Below are positions 9,508 to 19,030 of a DNA stretch of 32,000 nt, piece after piece (the first letter of the stretch is position 1; each line of letters starts with the position of its first letter). This stretch comes from Saccharolobus solfataricus (GTDB lineage: Archaea; Thermoproteota; Thermoprotei_A; Sulfolobales; Sulfolobaceae), in assembly GCF_900079115.1 (NCBI RefSeq), contig NZ_LT549890.1, positions 720,001 through 752,000 of the forward strand. Reading direction: 5' to 3'. The notes under the pieces are model-generated. The model was not told the origin of the DNA. It made no database searches and saw only the letters and a list, made by a program, of their open reading frames with translations. The translations under genes were made by a program, and so were the position numbers.

Positions 9508-10413
9508 ATGGGAGTGTTTAGTAAATTAAGAAAATCTGTGGGGTTTACACGATTATTATTACGATATGTTGACAATTGGTTTGACATTTTATACCTTACT
9601 ATTGCTAATAAAAAATTGGCATTTTTAGAAGTTAAATTAAAAGACAATAATAGAATATTTTTAAAAAATAGTATTTACGATTTATACGCTCTTCTTAGCT
9701 TATTAAAAAAAGGTTGGAAGGTTAAAGAAGCAGACGAGAATAATGCTATTTTATGCAAAGAAGTCTGTTTGAAAATTAGAACTAAAAAAGGTGCAGATAT
9801 TGGACATATAGATGAAATATATGAGTGCAAGACCTATGGTGAGTCTTTTAAAGGAGTTGTAATAGATGTAGGAGCTTCCAATGCAGATTCGTCTATTTTC
9901 TTTGCAACTAACGGGGCAGAAAAAGTTATTGCGTTAGAACCTTTTCCTGAGTCTTATGAACTTGGAAAATATAATATAAAAATTAATAATTTAGATAATA
10001 AGGTAATTTTATTGCCTTATGCATTAACTAATTATGAGGGGTATGTAGATTTTATTATTTCTTCAGACAATCCTAATGTAAATACTGTTAGCCCTTCTAC
10101 TCAAGTTATGGGATTATTAGGAATTAAATTTGACCAAAAGATTAAGGTGCCTACGACGACTCTTGCATCTTTAATTCAAAAATATAATATTGATAGAGTA
10201 TACTTACTTAAGATGGATTGTGAAGGTTGCGAATACGCTATATTAAGGGATCTTCCTGCAGAAGTATTGAATAAAATAGAAAATATAATATTAGAGTTTC
10301 ACGATTATCCGCAAGATCTTCCAGATATTTTAAGAAAAGCTGGGTTCAACGTTAATTACGAGAATAAACCTATAGGAATTTTAAAAGCATATAAAAACGA
10401 TAAACTAGCGTAA
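9508..10413 (+). CDS. FkbM-family SAM-dependent methyltransferase (paralogue 3)
   Basis: 301 aa. It carries VIDVGASNADSSIFFATNGAEKVIALEP (motif I) and KMDCEGCEYAIL (FkbM signature with two Cys). It is extremely AT-rich. Confidence 0.8.
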   Translation: MGVFSKLRKSVGFTRLLLRYVDNWFDILYLTIANKKLAFLEVKLKDNNRIFLKNSIYDLYALLSLLKKGWKVKEADENNAILCKEVCLKIRTKKGADIGHIDEIYECKTYGESFKGVVIDVGASNADSSIFFATNGAEKVIALEPFPESYELGKYNIKINNLDNKVILLPYALTNYEGYVDFIISSDNPNVNTVSPSTQVMGLLGIKFDQKIKVPTTTLASLIQKYNIDRVYLLKMDCEGCEYAILRDLPAEVLNKIENIILEFHDYPQDLPDILRKAGFNVNYENKPIGILKAYKNDKLA

Positions 10414-10605
10414 TTTGACTAGATCTAGAATTACTAGATAATATTTAAATTTGTTAAAATATCTGTTTTTATATTTGAGTTGTGTATTTATTAAAAATTA
10501 TGGATATTCTGTGATTATATGCATAATCACTACATCTAAGGTGTGAGAGCCTTTGTTATCTCATATCTTCTTAAAATAACTATTTATGTGTTACTATAAT
10601 TGCTC

Positions 10606-11153
10606 AGAGTGTGTCTAACAATTTTATTCACCTTGTTGTATAAAGTGAAGAAAGCCTTAATACACCTCATTATTAAAGCTTTGTGTGGGAAGTGTTTACC
10701 AATTTGCAAGCCTTAACTTCAAACTCCTAAACACATGTTCTACCAAGTTCACAGAATGTCTAATGTTTTAAGCCCAAAGCAAAGAGTGCATTATACCATG
10801 TCGTGAAGTATTTTACCAGTCAAGCTTAATCCCTCAAAGTCTAATCCTAGTCTAAGACCACAAATACCGTGATTAAATCCATCAAAACCCAATAAACTGA
10901 GTTATTAACTACCCTAATTCTCATCAACAGCATAGGGTAAGGGTACTCGCCCAACTTCCTCCACAGTACTCCTACGCGAAGTGATACCTCGACCCTCCTC
11001 AACAAGCTGATAAAGCTCTTGTAACTTCATCCCTAGTACAAGGGGAAATGTTTAAAGCAAGGTGAGGCGTTCCAACTTGCTTCTCATATTTCCCCTTATA
11101 TTACCACCTCACCATCCTACTAAAATTTTATACAAAAATTGTTGGACACATTC
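10606..11153 (+). mobile_element. Non-autonomous MITE-like element, copy A (~548 bp)
   Basis: Collinear over its full length, at high identity by eye, with the reverse complement of 25928..26474. The termini are inverted: AGAGTGTGTCTAACA at the left and TGTTGGACACATTC at the right. No ORF of 60 aa or more on either strand. No target-site duplication recognisable. Confidence 0.8.
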
Positions 11154-11326
11154 AGATAAAGTATAATTCGCACAATCTGTGATATCGTCTCTTTAATGTC
11201 AAACGCATGAAATTAGTGCACAGAATGAGAGCATGTGAAACATATTGGCAGAATGAATAGAAAGCAAAGTTAAGGGAACCATCGTGAAGGCTAAAATTAA
11301 CCTAGGTAATCTTATAAAAACTTTGT

Positions 11327-12280
11327 CTAAACTGTCAACCACGGCTCGTCTTCTACGAAGAACTTATCATTAATTAAAGGCTCCCACCACCATCTGTTAT
11401 TCAAATACCATTCATAAGTCCTCCTCAGACCCTCCTTAAATGGCGTTACTTCATATTTCATACTTGTTGTCATACAATACCTTCTATCGTGGCCAGGTCT
11501 ATCTGAGACAAACTTTATCTTAACCTCTTTACCGCTCACTTCCTCCAACATCTTCAAGATCTCGAGCACATTATACCTCTGCCCTCCCGGTATGTTATAT
11601 ACTTCCCCTTTCCACTCAGCTCTACTCACCACGTCGAAAATTATCCTAGCAGTGTCCTCTACAAATATCCAGTCTCTTTCAGCTTTCCCATCACCGTACA
11701 CTGGAATGTGTATCCCTAGTAAAGTCCTAATTATAGCCTTAGGTATTAACTTTTCAGGGAACTGCCTAGGACCGTAGTTATTAGATGGTCTAACTATAAC
11801 CGCACTTATCCCATAAGTCCTTACGTAAGCCTTTACGAACAAGTCAGCTGACGCTTTAGACGCGCTATAAGGAGAAGAGGGTTTTAAAGGTGAGTTCTCA
11901 TCCCCGCACTCCTCACCGTAAACCTCATCTGTAGAGATGTGGACGTATTTGAAATTGAATTTCCGTGAAGCCTCAAGTAAGTTTACCGTACCTAGAACAT
12001 TAGTAGTTACGAAATCTTGTGGTTTATAAATTGACCTATCTACGTGGGTCTCGGCTGCGAAATTTATGACGATGTCTGGAGAATACTCCTTAATTATATC
12101 ATGCATTTTTTCGCTCCTAACGTCGGCTTGGACGAAATCGTAGTCTGTCCCAATGAGGTTTTCCTTCCTTCCAGCGTAGGTTAAGAGGTCTACTACGATG
12201 GGCTTTATACCCCTCTTGTTCAACTCCCTCACGAAAGCGGAGCCTATGAACCCAGCACCACCAACTACTATGATTTTCAT
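11327..12280 (-). CDS. rmlB: dTDP-glucose 4,6-dehydratase
   Basis: 317 aa, intact. It has the extended-SDR motifs VVGGAGFIGSAF (GxxGxxG), ISTDEVYG and YSASKASADLF (YxxxK). It is the last gene of the rml operon, and its ATG overlaps the rmlA stop (ATGA at 12277..12280). Confidence 0.9.
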   Translation of the reverse strand: MKIIVVGGAGFIGSAFVRELNKRGIKPIVVDLLTYAGRKENLIGTDYDFVQADVRSEKMHDIIKEYSPDIVINFAAETHVDRSIYKPQDFVTTNVLGTVNLLEASRKFNFKYVHISTDEVYGEECGDENSPLKPSSPYSASKASADLFVKAYVRTYGISAVIVRPSNNYGPRQFPEKLIPKAIIRTLLGIHIPVYGDGKAERDWIFVEDTARIIFDVVSRAEWKGEVYNIPGGQRYNVLEILKMLEEVSGKEVKIKFVSDRPGHDRRYCMTTSMKYEVTPFKEGLRRTYEWYLNNRWWWEPLINDKFFVEDEPWLTV

Positions 12281-13310
12281 AATATCACCGAGGAGTTCTC
12301 ACCTATAATTAGCTTTTGCCATCTCCCACCTTTTTCAACAGTAGAGTTATTCCCTATTAAAGAGTCCATTAGTGTCACCCCCCTTATCTTAACGCCGTCA
12401 AGGATTACGCTGTATTCTATCTCACTGTCCGTTATTTCGCTCTGGTCACCAATAGAAGTGAAAGGACCTATATAGGAATTGATAATTTTAGTGTCCCTCC
12501 CTATGTAAGTTGGTCCCCTTACCACAGAGTTCTTTATTACAGCCCCCTTCTCAATTATCACTTTGCCGTCAACTGTAGAGTTGTCTACTACACCTTCAAT
12601 CCTACTTTCAGCGTATCTGTCTAGTAGAAACGCGTTAGCCTCTAAGATGTCCTTTGGAGTCCCAGTGTCCTTCCACCAACCCTGGATTATTTCATAATTT
12701 ACTTCCCTACCTCTGTCTATTAACCCTTGTATTGCGTCAGTAATCTCGAGTTCACCTCTCCAGCTAGGCTTTAACGACTCAATAACGTCAAAGATCTCCC
12801 TTGTGAAACCGTAAACACCTACTAGGGCTAGGTCGGAAATCTGTTCTTTAGGCTTTTCGATGAGCTTTACGACCCTCCCGTCTTTTATTACAGCCACGCC
12901 AAACCTATTGGGATTATTAACTTTGGCTAGTAGGATTGAAGCTGAGCCTTTGAAAGAGGAGAACTTGCTAAGGTCATAAGGGACTAAGTTGTCCCTAAGT
13001 AGACTAAGAACTTGTCCGAAACCACGTCCTTCACTTTATAAACCGCGTCAGCTAGTCCTCTAGCCTTACCTTGATAAACGTAGGTTATCCTAACCCCGAA
13101 CTTGCTACCGTCTCCGTAATACTCCACGACACGTGTTGGCGCGTTGTCTCCAAGTACAATAATCACGTCCCTTATCCCTGCATCCCTGATCTGTTCTAAG
13201 ACCCACTGTGAAACCGGCTTTCCTGCGACTTTTATCAACTGCTTTGGGCCAGTATGGGTTAACGGCCTGAGCCTTGTACCTTGCCCTCCATGTAGGATTA
13301 CTGCCTCCAT
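12277..13310 (-). pseudogene. rmlA: Glucose-1-phosphate thymidylyltransferase (long form with C-terminal hexapeptide-repeat domain), one frameshift
   Basis: The N-terminal ORF 12984..13310 carries ILHGGQGTRLRPLTHTGPKQLI (GxGTRLxPxT). The C-terminal ORF 12277..12897 carries the beta-helix repeats. The gap reads LGDNLVPYDLSKFSSFKGSASILLAKVNNPNRFGVAVIKDG once a single G is restored in the run at about 12993..12995 (the sequence has ttaggg-acaac). Confidence 0.85.
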
Positions 13311-13311
13311 C

Positions 13312-14133
13312 TCACAACACCATACCTTCTAGGTCTAAACTGTAAAAATCGACGGATAAGATTTTCTTAGCTTTTGAGTAGTCCAAAGAGGAGTCAAAGG
13401 GCCTCCTAGCTGTCCATCCTTTAACCTCATCTACTTCCTTCACTTCTCCTGGCAAATTGAACTTTTCCTTAATCTTTAGAGCCAGCTCGTAACGCGATAT
13501 TCTCTCTCCTGCAACATTTAGTAAACCAGTTTTCCTAAGGGCCAGTAACTCTTCTATTGCTGATGCTAGTTTCCTCGCTGAAATGGGCGAGTAATAACCT
13601 TTATACGCGAAGACTGTCTTCCCTTCCTTTAACGTTTTGTACACATATACTGGAACCCCTTGTGTCTGAATACCCCAGAAGTCCTTATAACGAGGCTGTC
13701 GTCGTATGATAAGGCAAAGGTCTCTCCTAATAACTTTGTCAGCCCATAGTAGTTTATTGGATTTGGTAAGTCATCCTCTTTGTAATTCCCCTTCGTGCCG
13801 TCAAAAACGTAGTCCGTACTCACGTGAATAAAGTAAGCTTCCACTACCCTACTAGCTCTTACCATGTGTTTTACTGCTTCGGCATTTATTTTATAAGCCT
13901 TTTCTCTTTCTACCTCGCACTTGTCTACGTCAGTCATAGCTGCAGTGTTTATTATACATCAGGCCTAGTCTTAATTATGAAATCCTCCAAACGGGAAAAT
14001 CGGTTATGTCCATTTTATGACTGTCAGGAATTTCAGACGAGTTATACACCTTGATCACTTGGTATTTTTTAGAAAGTAACTTATTTAATTCAATGCCTAA
14101 CTGGCCAGAGGCTCCAATTAGTAGTACTCGCAT
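13312..14133 (-). pseudogene. rmlD: dTDP-4-dehydrorhamnose reductase, two frameshifts
   Basis: The N-terminus starts at ATG 14133: MRVLLIGASGQLGIELNKLL...RPDV. The frame then breaks near 13951..13957, where PDVIINTAAMTDVDKCE needs one more A. The middle ORF 13629..13937 contains HVSTDYVFDG. A second break near 13652 (KGF-PVYVYKTLKEGKTVFAYKG needs one more C) leads into ORF 13312..13644. Confidence 0.85.
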
Positions 14134-14156
14134 TGTACTTATTATTCCAATAGAAA

Positions 14157-14710
14157 TTATAAATCTTTTTCAACAAGTGGTCTAAGAAACACTTCTGCCT
14201 TATCAAGTGGGGGGCACTGTTTGTCCTTATCGCTGACTATGATTTCTTTAATCGGCCATTCGATATATGAGTAGTTTATGCACCTCTCGTGTTGAGGCGA
14301 GTAGTCGTTATGGGTTACGAAGTAAACGACTAGTGAATCATCTAGAGCTTGAAAACCGTGGGCAAAGCCTGGGGGAATCCACAACATGTGGTGGTTAGAC
14401 TCACTTAATTCCGCACTTGTGTACTTTCCAAAAGTTGGTGAAGACTTTCTGACATCTACTGCAACATCTAATATTTTCCCTTTAGGTACGAATACTAGTT
14501 TTCCTTGTTCCTTTGGCGTTATCTGATAATGCAATCCCCTCACTACTCCTCTAACTGAGAAGGACATGTTAACTTGAACTGGCATAGGAATGTTGTGTTT
14601 GCTGAAGTCAGTAGCCTTAAACAGCTCAAGGAAGAAACCCTTTTGTCAGGGAAGACCTTAGGTTTAATTAACAGAACTCCCATACCTAGGTCTTCAAAGT
14701 CAAAAGGCAT
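14157..14710 (-). pseudogene. rmlC: dTDP-4-dehydrorhamnose 3,5-epimerase, one frameshift
   Basis: ORF 14157..14585 has the cupin motifs RGLHYQ and WIPPGFAHGF. The true N-terminus, MPFDFEDLGMGVLLIKPKVFPDKR from ATG 14710, continues as GFFLELFKATDFSKHNIPMPVQVNMSFS only after a 1-nt shift in the run aaacccttttg at 14638..14644. Confidence 0.85.
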
Positions 14711-14731
14711 GGTTTAAAATTGTATCTTCAG

Positions 14732-14741
14732 TATAATAAAA
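14732..14741 (-). promoter_or_regulatory. TATA-like box of the rmlCDAB operon
   Basis: The reverse strand reads cattttattatactgaagatacaattttaaaccATG. TTTTATTATA is centred about 27 nt upstream of the rmlC ATG at 14710. Confidence 0.4.
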
Positions 14742-15174
14742 TGTTTTAGTTCGGATAGCGAGAGCTATGATCTTAATATATGCAGTAATGTATGTGGAAT
14801 CCTCCTTGTATAGGCATTCGTTATTTTCTTCTTTTACTCATAATCTCTTCTCTCTCCTATGGCAAGCCCATGTGTACAAACCCTCGTCAGTAACTTTGTA
14901 GAACCTATTGTCATAAGTAAAAATGTAAGGATTTGAAACGAAGTCAATTCTGCTTGAAAATCCCATAAAATACAGCTGTTTTATAAGTCTCGTGTCTTAA
15001 GTGGAAGTGCCCTACTGAGTTCCTACCCGCCTTGGAATGGCAAGTCCTTCGTTTTGTTAAACCAAACACTTCACGGTGAGGATTGGAGTTTTTAGCGTTA
15101 AATACAGCTGTTTTGCATTCACCTTTCCTTAGAATCTTTTTAACCTTTTGTCTTGCTTTATCTACCGAATAAAA

Positions 15175-15717
15175 ATGAAAATGACAACCACAAAAGGAAG
15201 GTTTAATGAAAAATCAATCGAAAGTCTATCAATGGGTATAGGTATAATATCCGTTGTAGTTCTATTAACAACAGGCGGTTCAATTAGCATAGCATCCATG
15301 GTATTGCTATCAACGGCAATCATTTTCCCAATATCATTTCTTTTAATAACTAAAAGAAACATAAACAGACTTGTGATAAGGCTAACAAGACCTATAATAA
15401 ATGCAAGTGGGTTTGACGATAAAAAGTTAGAAATTGGTAATGTATTATTATTACTGCTAGTAGGACTGCTAGTAATAATCTATATCATCGTAAAATGTAT
15501 CCCCAAAGCTTTTGAAGAATACATATCTACAGTATCGCCATCAAACCCTCTATATAACTCCATTATGACCATTATGACTATCTATAAGCCATGGCAAGGT
15601 CTAGGTAGTTTATTCAGCAGTCCCATCGGTTTAATCATAATAATCTTAATAGTAGTCATGATAGCAGTGATAATTGCCCTAAAGAAAAGAAGTTTCTCCA
15701 GTTATGCAGGCACATAA
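15175..15717 (+). CDS. Small integral membrane protein (about four TM helices), function unknown
   Basis: The ORF track starts it at 15148. ATG 15175 (MKMTTTKG...) lies about 30 nt after a T/A-rich box (atctttttaacc) and is the more likely start. The hydrophobic stretches are IGIISVVVLLTTGG, VLLSTAIIFPISFLLI, VLLLLLVGLLVIIYIIV and LIIIILIVVMIAVIIAL. Confidence 0.6.
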   Translation: MKMTTTKGRFNEKSIESLSMGIGIISVVVLLTTGGSISIASMVLLSTAIIFPISFLLITKRNINRLVIRLTRPIINASGFDDKKLEIGNVLLLLLVGLLVIIYIIVKCIPKAFEEYISTVSPSNPLYNSIMTIMTIYKPWQGLGSLFSSPIGLIIIILIVVMIAVIIALKKRSFSSYAGT

Positions 15718-15742
15718 AAAGCTAAGCTTACAAGCTAATATA

Positions 15743-15749
15743 TTTTTTT
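15743..15749 (+). terminator. T7 tract downstream of the membrane-protein gene
   Basis: TTTTTTT lies about 25 nt after the stop at 15717. Oligo-T tracts are the usual archaeal termination signal. Confidence 0.35.
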
Positions 15750-15829
15750 GAAATTCTCTTTTCTTCTCATCTTGCCTTCCTTTATTAACAAGAGCATTGA
15801 ACAATTTATAAATGAACGGAAAACTTCGC

Positions 15830-16404
15830 CATTCACGGTATAACCAAAAACTTTTTACAAAAAATACTGAACGAGATTAGTATGGAGATTAGGTCTTCTA
15901 TTAGTTCTTGTTCTGGTGTTTTTTCTTACTACGAGTTCGCAGTTGTATGCTTTGGATACTCGAGACCAAACCTGACTAGTCTGTCTGGGTATGTTATGAC
16001 TACTTTTGATACTTCATTGTCGAGTATCATTCCTAGTAGTTTGAGGAATCTTTTCTCTTCATGTTTAATCCAAAATGGTGATGACTTGGTCGTAATCTTT
16101 GACGTTCTCCTCGAGTACTTTACTTGGTTTATCAGGTCGTCTTTGTTTGATGATACTCTGGCGTATAGTATTACTTTCCTCTTCCTGATAATTCCCATTA
16201 ATCTTTCTACGTCTTCTTCTTTGAATCTCAACTTTCCGGTCGGTAGTACTATTGGCTTAATGTATCCTTTCTTTACGTAACTCTGTAGTGTGCGGTAGGA
16301 TATTCCTAGTTTTTAGCATACTTCCTTAGGTTTAAGCATTGTAATTAAATGATCATGTAAAGTATATAATCTTCACGGTTTGTCGAAACTGTTATCAACG
16401 GCTT
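15830..16404 (-). mobile_element. Remnant of an IS607-type element: left end plus a degraded serine-recombinase tnpA; no tnpB
   Basis: Reverse-strand translation from ATG 16339 gives MLKPKEVC*KLGISYRTLQSYVKKGYIKPIVLPTGKLRFKEEDVERLMGIIRKRKVILYARVSSNKDDLINQVKY. That is a MerR-type HTH followed by the YARVSS catalytic-serine motif, the IS607 TnpA architecture. There is an in-frame TAA at 16313..16315 and frameshifts downstream. The tail TPEQELIEDLISILISFS lies in another frame near 15860..15915. The 62 bp at 16343..16404 recur at 19553..19615. Confidence 0.65.
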
Positions 16405-16472
16405 TATATTGAAAAGTCTGAAATTAACTAATTTTCTCTGCTTATAATCTGACTATTAATCACTATCAAAAG

Positions 16473-16484
16473 CTTTAATATTTT
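16473..16484 (+). promoter_or_regulatory. BRE/TATA-like box of the flippase gene
   Basis: aaagCTTTAATATTTT is centred about 27 nt upstream of ATG 16505. Confidence 0.4.
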
Positions 16485-16504
16485 TTCTCAAAGAACTAAA
16501 TTGG

Positions 16505-17914
16505 ATGAATCCTATAAAGAACGCGTTGAAGAGCCTCAGCGTAATCACCACTAATGTCCTAATCGCCTTAATCTTCTTCATAGTCACTGCAAAAATTTCT
16601 AATCCAGCGTTCTTTGGGAAAGTTGCAATAATTCAACTTCTTGAAGTAGTTACTTTTACGTTCTTTTACTTTATCCCGGGACAAATAATAACAAGGGAAA
16701 TATCTTACCTTTACGCAAAGAAGGAGGTAAATAAAGGGGTTGTGGGAAAGTTCCTCTCATTCCCTTTCCTCGCTATACCAGTTTTTCTAATCTTCCTACT
16801 TTTCCCAAATTACGTTAAGTTAGCGATCCCTTATCTCTTTCTCTACCTTCTGAATAATGTCCTAGTTGCTATAATGATAGGGATGGACATGTTTACTGAG
16901 ACAGCAATAACTGGGAACCTTTTTCTAATCATAAGATGGGGGATTTCAATTATCGCCGTCCTCTCTCACAATATTTACTTATTCGTAGAAATATGGATTT
17001 TGGGAGGAGTACTCTCAGTCCTCCTTAACTACTCTTTTCTGTCTAGAAAAGTGGGGCTAGTCTTACCTTCTCTAGACTTTGCATTTCTGTTTAAGCACTT
17101 CAAGGAAGGCTTACCTCTCTACTTGTCTTCTTCAGCTAATTTCCTCTCATCGCAAGGGGACAGAGTTACAACAGCCTATTTGTTAGGCTCTTACTATCTA
17201 GGTTTATACCAATTTTCTGCATTAGTAGCTGGGGTTCCTGCAATGGTTTTAGGGGCGTTGAACAACGTTCTTTTACCTACTGCCTCATTCTATAAGGCTT
17301 TAGGTAGTGACGAAAAGAAGATGTCTTCAATTTCTTTTCGCGTATTGGCTTTAATCTCCTTTCTGTCAGTAATTATTTCAATACCTATTGCTATCCTGGT
17401 CGTGGAAAGGTTTTTCCCAGACTACACTGAGGGTATAAGAGTTTTGATCCTACTACTTTTAGCTACAACCCTACCTTTTCCTATAAACTCTCTAACGAAC
17501 TTCATAATAGCTGCTAAGAAGTCTTTAAGGCCCTTTTTATTCCTTTCGCTGCTTAATGCTGGTGTAGTCTTACTGACTTCCTTCCTTCTAATTCCAAGAA
17601 TTGGAATAATGGGGGGAGCAATTTCCCAAGTAATAGTCACCGTTATCTCCTCTTCTTTTATCCTTGTGTACGCTTTAAGGACTTCAACATTTATTTTGGG
17701 CAAAAGGGAGGGCATATTACTGACTGCAATGCCTTTAATAGCTCTTTATGAAGTTTTCGTAGATCCTCCATATCTCGACCTCCTTTTGCTTCTCTCGGTT
17801 ATTGTTCTTTTTAAGTTATTTAAGATAATTTCTACTGAAGAGGTGAGATTAATAGAGTCTTTTTTACCTTCTAAGCTAAAATTCATAGCCTCGCTATTAA
17901 AGGTAATTAGTTGA
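16505..17914 (+). CDS. Wzx-like oligosaccharide/polysaccharide flippase (MOP superfamily)
   Basis: 469 aa with about 12 or more predicted TM helices throughout. Its size, topology and position in a glycan cluster fit polysaccharide biosynthesis (Wzx/RfbX-type) proteins. The assignment rests on architecture and is not tied to any specific motif. Confidence 0.65.
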   Translation: MNPIKNALKSLSVITTNVLIALIFFIVTAKISNPAFFGKVAIIQLLEVVTFTFFYFIPGQIITREISYLYAKKEVNKGVVGKFLSFPFLAIPVFLIFLLFPNYVKLAIPYLFLYLLNNVLVAIMIGMDMFTETAITGNLFLIIRWGISIIAVLSHNIYLFVEIWILGGVLSVLLNYSFLSRKVGLVLPSLDFAFLFKHFKEGLPLYLSSSANFLSSQGDRVTTAYLLGSYYLGLYQFSALVAGVPAMVLGALNNVLLPTASFYKALGSDEKKMSSISFRVLALISFLSVIISIPIAILVVERFFPDYTEGIRVLILLLLATTLPFPINSLTNFIIAAKKSLRPFLFLSLLNAGVVLLTSFLLIPRIGIMGGAISQVIVTVISSSFILVYALRTSTFILGKREGILLTAMPLIALYEVFVDPPYLDLLLLLSVIVLFKLFKIISTEEVRLIESFLPSKLKFIASLLKVIS

Positions 17915-18051
17915 GTGAGGGGAGAGAAAGTTAATAAGTAACTGATAGTCGATTAAGGTGAGAATTTTATGCAGCGAGTTTTTCCGTCCACAGCCTGATA
18001 ATATTTATTAAAAGGCGAAAATAAGTATTTTAAAGGAGAGAGGCCGTCTTC

Positions 18052-18771
18052 ATGATTTTCACATATGGCAAGACTAAGCTGAAAGTCCCGGAGGGTTACG
18101 AATACGTTTATTACGCTACTTTCATAGCCGCTGAATGGGACTTCTTGAAAGTTAAGGACATGGACACTGTGCTTGATGCGGGCGCATTTATTGGGGATTT
18201 CACCGTAAAGGTGGCTAGGAAGGCTAAGGAAGTAGTTGCCGTTGAACCTTTACCTTGGGCTTTCAAACTGTTGAAGGAAAACGTGGAGATAAACAATTTA
18301 AAGAACGTTGTTTTGGTGAACAAAGCTTTATATGATGTTGACGGTGTTAAACTAAAGATTGTCGATGAGGGGACTGGCTCGAGGATTGGAGAAAGCGGGG
18401 TCGAGGTCGATAGTGTTAGTGTGAACTCTTTAGGCAAGTTCTCAGTAGTGAAGATGGACATCGAAGGAGCTGAGGGGAGGGTGATGAAAAGCGGGGAGTG
18501 GTTAGACTACGTTAAGCAAATAGCTGTTGAACTCCACGGTAGAGAAAACATAGAGATTATACCACACTTGTTGAGGAAGAGGAGTTTTGTGATCAGGTTC
18601 ATGACAAGGGGTGATTTGGTTAGAAACACTGTAAGGAACGCGTTACTCCACCCCATTTCGTTTATAAAGGCTGAGGCTAGGACTAAAGTGGTCTTGAACT
18701 ACTTTAAGAGGAAGTACTACGTACCGGCTCTGAGCGGGGATGAGTATAAGATCGTTTACGGTAGGAGATGA
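18052..18771 (+). CDS. FkbM-family SAM-dependent methyltransferase (paralogue 4, canonical signature)
   Basis: 239 aa. It carries VLDAGAFIGDFTVKVARKAKEVVAVEP (motif I) and VKMDIEGAEGRVM (the canonical K-x-D-x-E-G-A-E). It has a short N-terminus, unlike the other three paralogues. Confidence 0.8.
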   Translation: MIFTYGKTKLKVPEGYEYVYYATFIAAEWDFLKVKDMDTVLDAGAFIGDFTVKVARKAKEVVAVEPLPWAFKLLKENVEINNLKNVVLVNKALYDVDGVKLKIVDEGTGSRIGESGVEVDSVSVNSLGKFSVVKMDIEGAEGRVMKSGEWLDYVKQIAVELHGRENIEIIPHLLRKRSFVIRFMTRGDLVRNTVRNALLHPISFIKAEARTKVVLNYFKRKYYVPALSGDEYKIVYGRR

Positions 18772-19030
18772 AGGGGAAGAGAGACTAAGAAACTGATTTA
18801 CGTTTAACACGTTTTTCTATCAACTGTAGAGTAGTAATAGTGTTTACTCGTGACGTAACTTTTCCTTACTTCTAATTCAGCCACTGGCTTAAGGGATCAT
18901 ACCCCTCGAGGAAAACACCTATATAAATGTATTCAAAACTGTATTTAAAAAACGAGTAGTTACGTGAAAGAGTTACAGTCTAAGAATTAACACGAGCTGA
19001 TATTAGTAATCTTTAAAAATGAAGAAGAGG

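Noticed and set aside
12277-14710. Programmed ribosomal frameshifting as an explanation for the split rmlA, rmlD and rmlC genes.
   Set aside because: There are four independent sites with different sequence contexts, all needing the same trivial repair (one base restored in a short run). None has a slippery heptamer or a downstream structure. Mutation or sequencing error explains them better.
15882-16280. 132-aa ORF on the + strand (MEIRSSISSCSGVF...).
   Set aside because: It is antisense to the IS607-type tnpA remnant, whose HTH and YARVSS motifs are unmistakable. Its Ser/Leu-rich low-complexity translation is typical of a shadow ORF.
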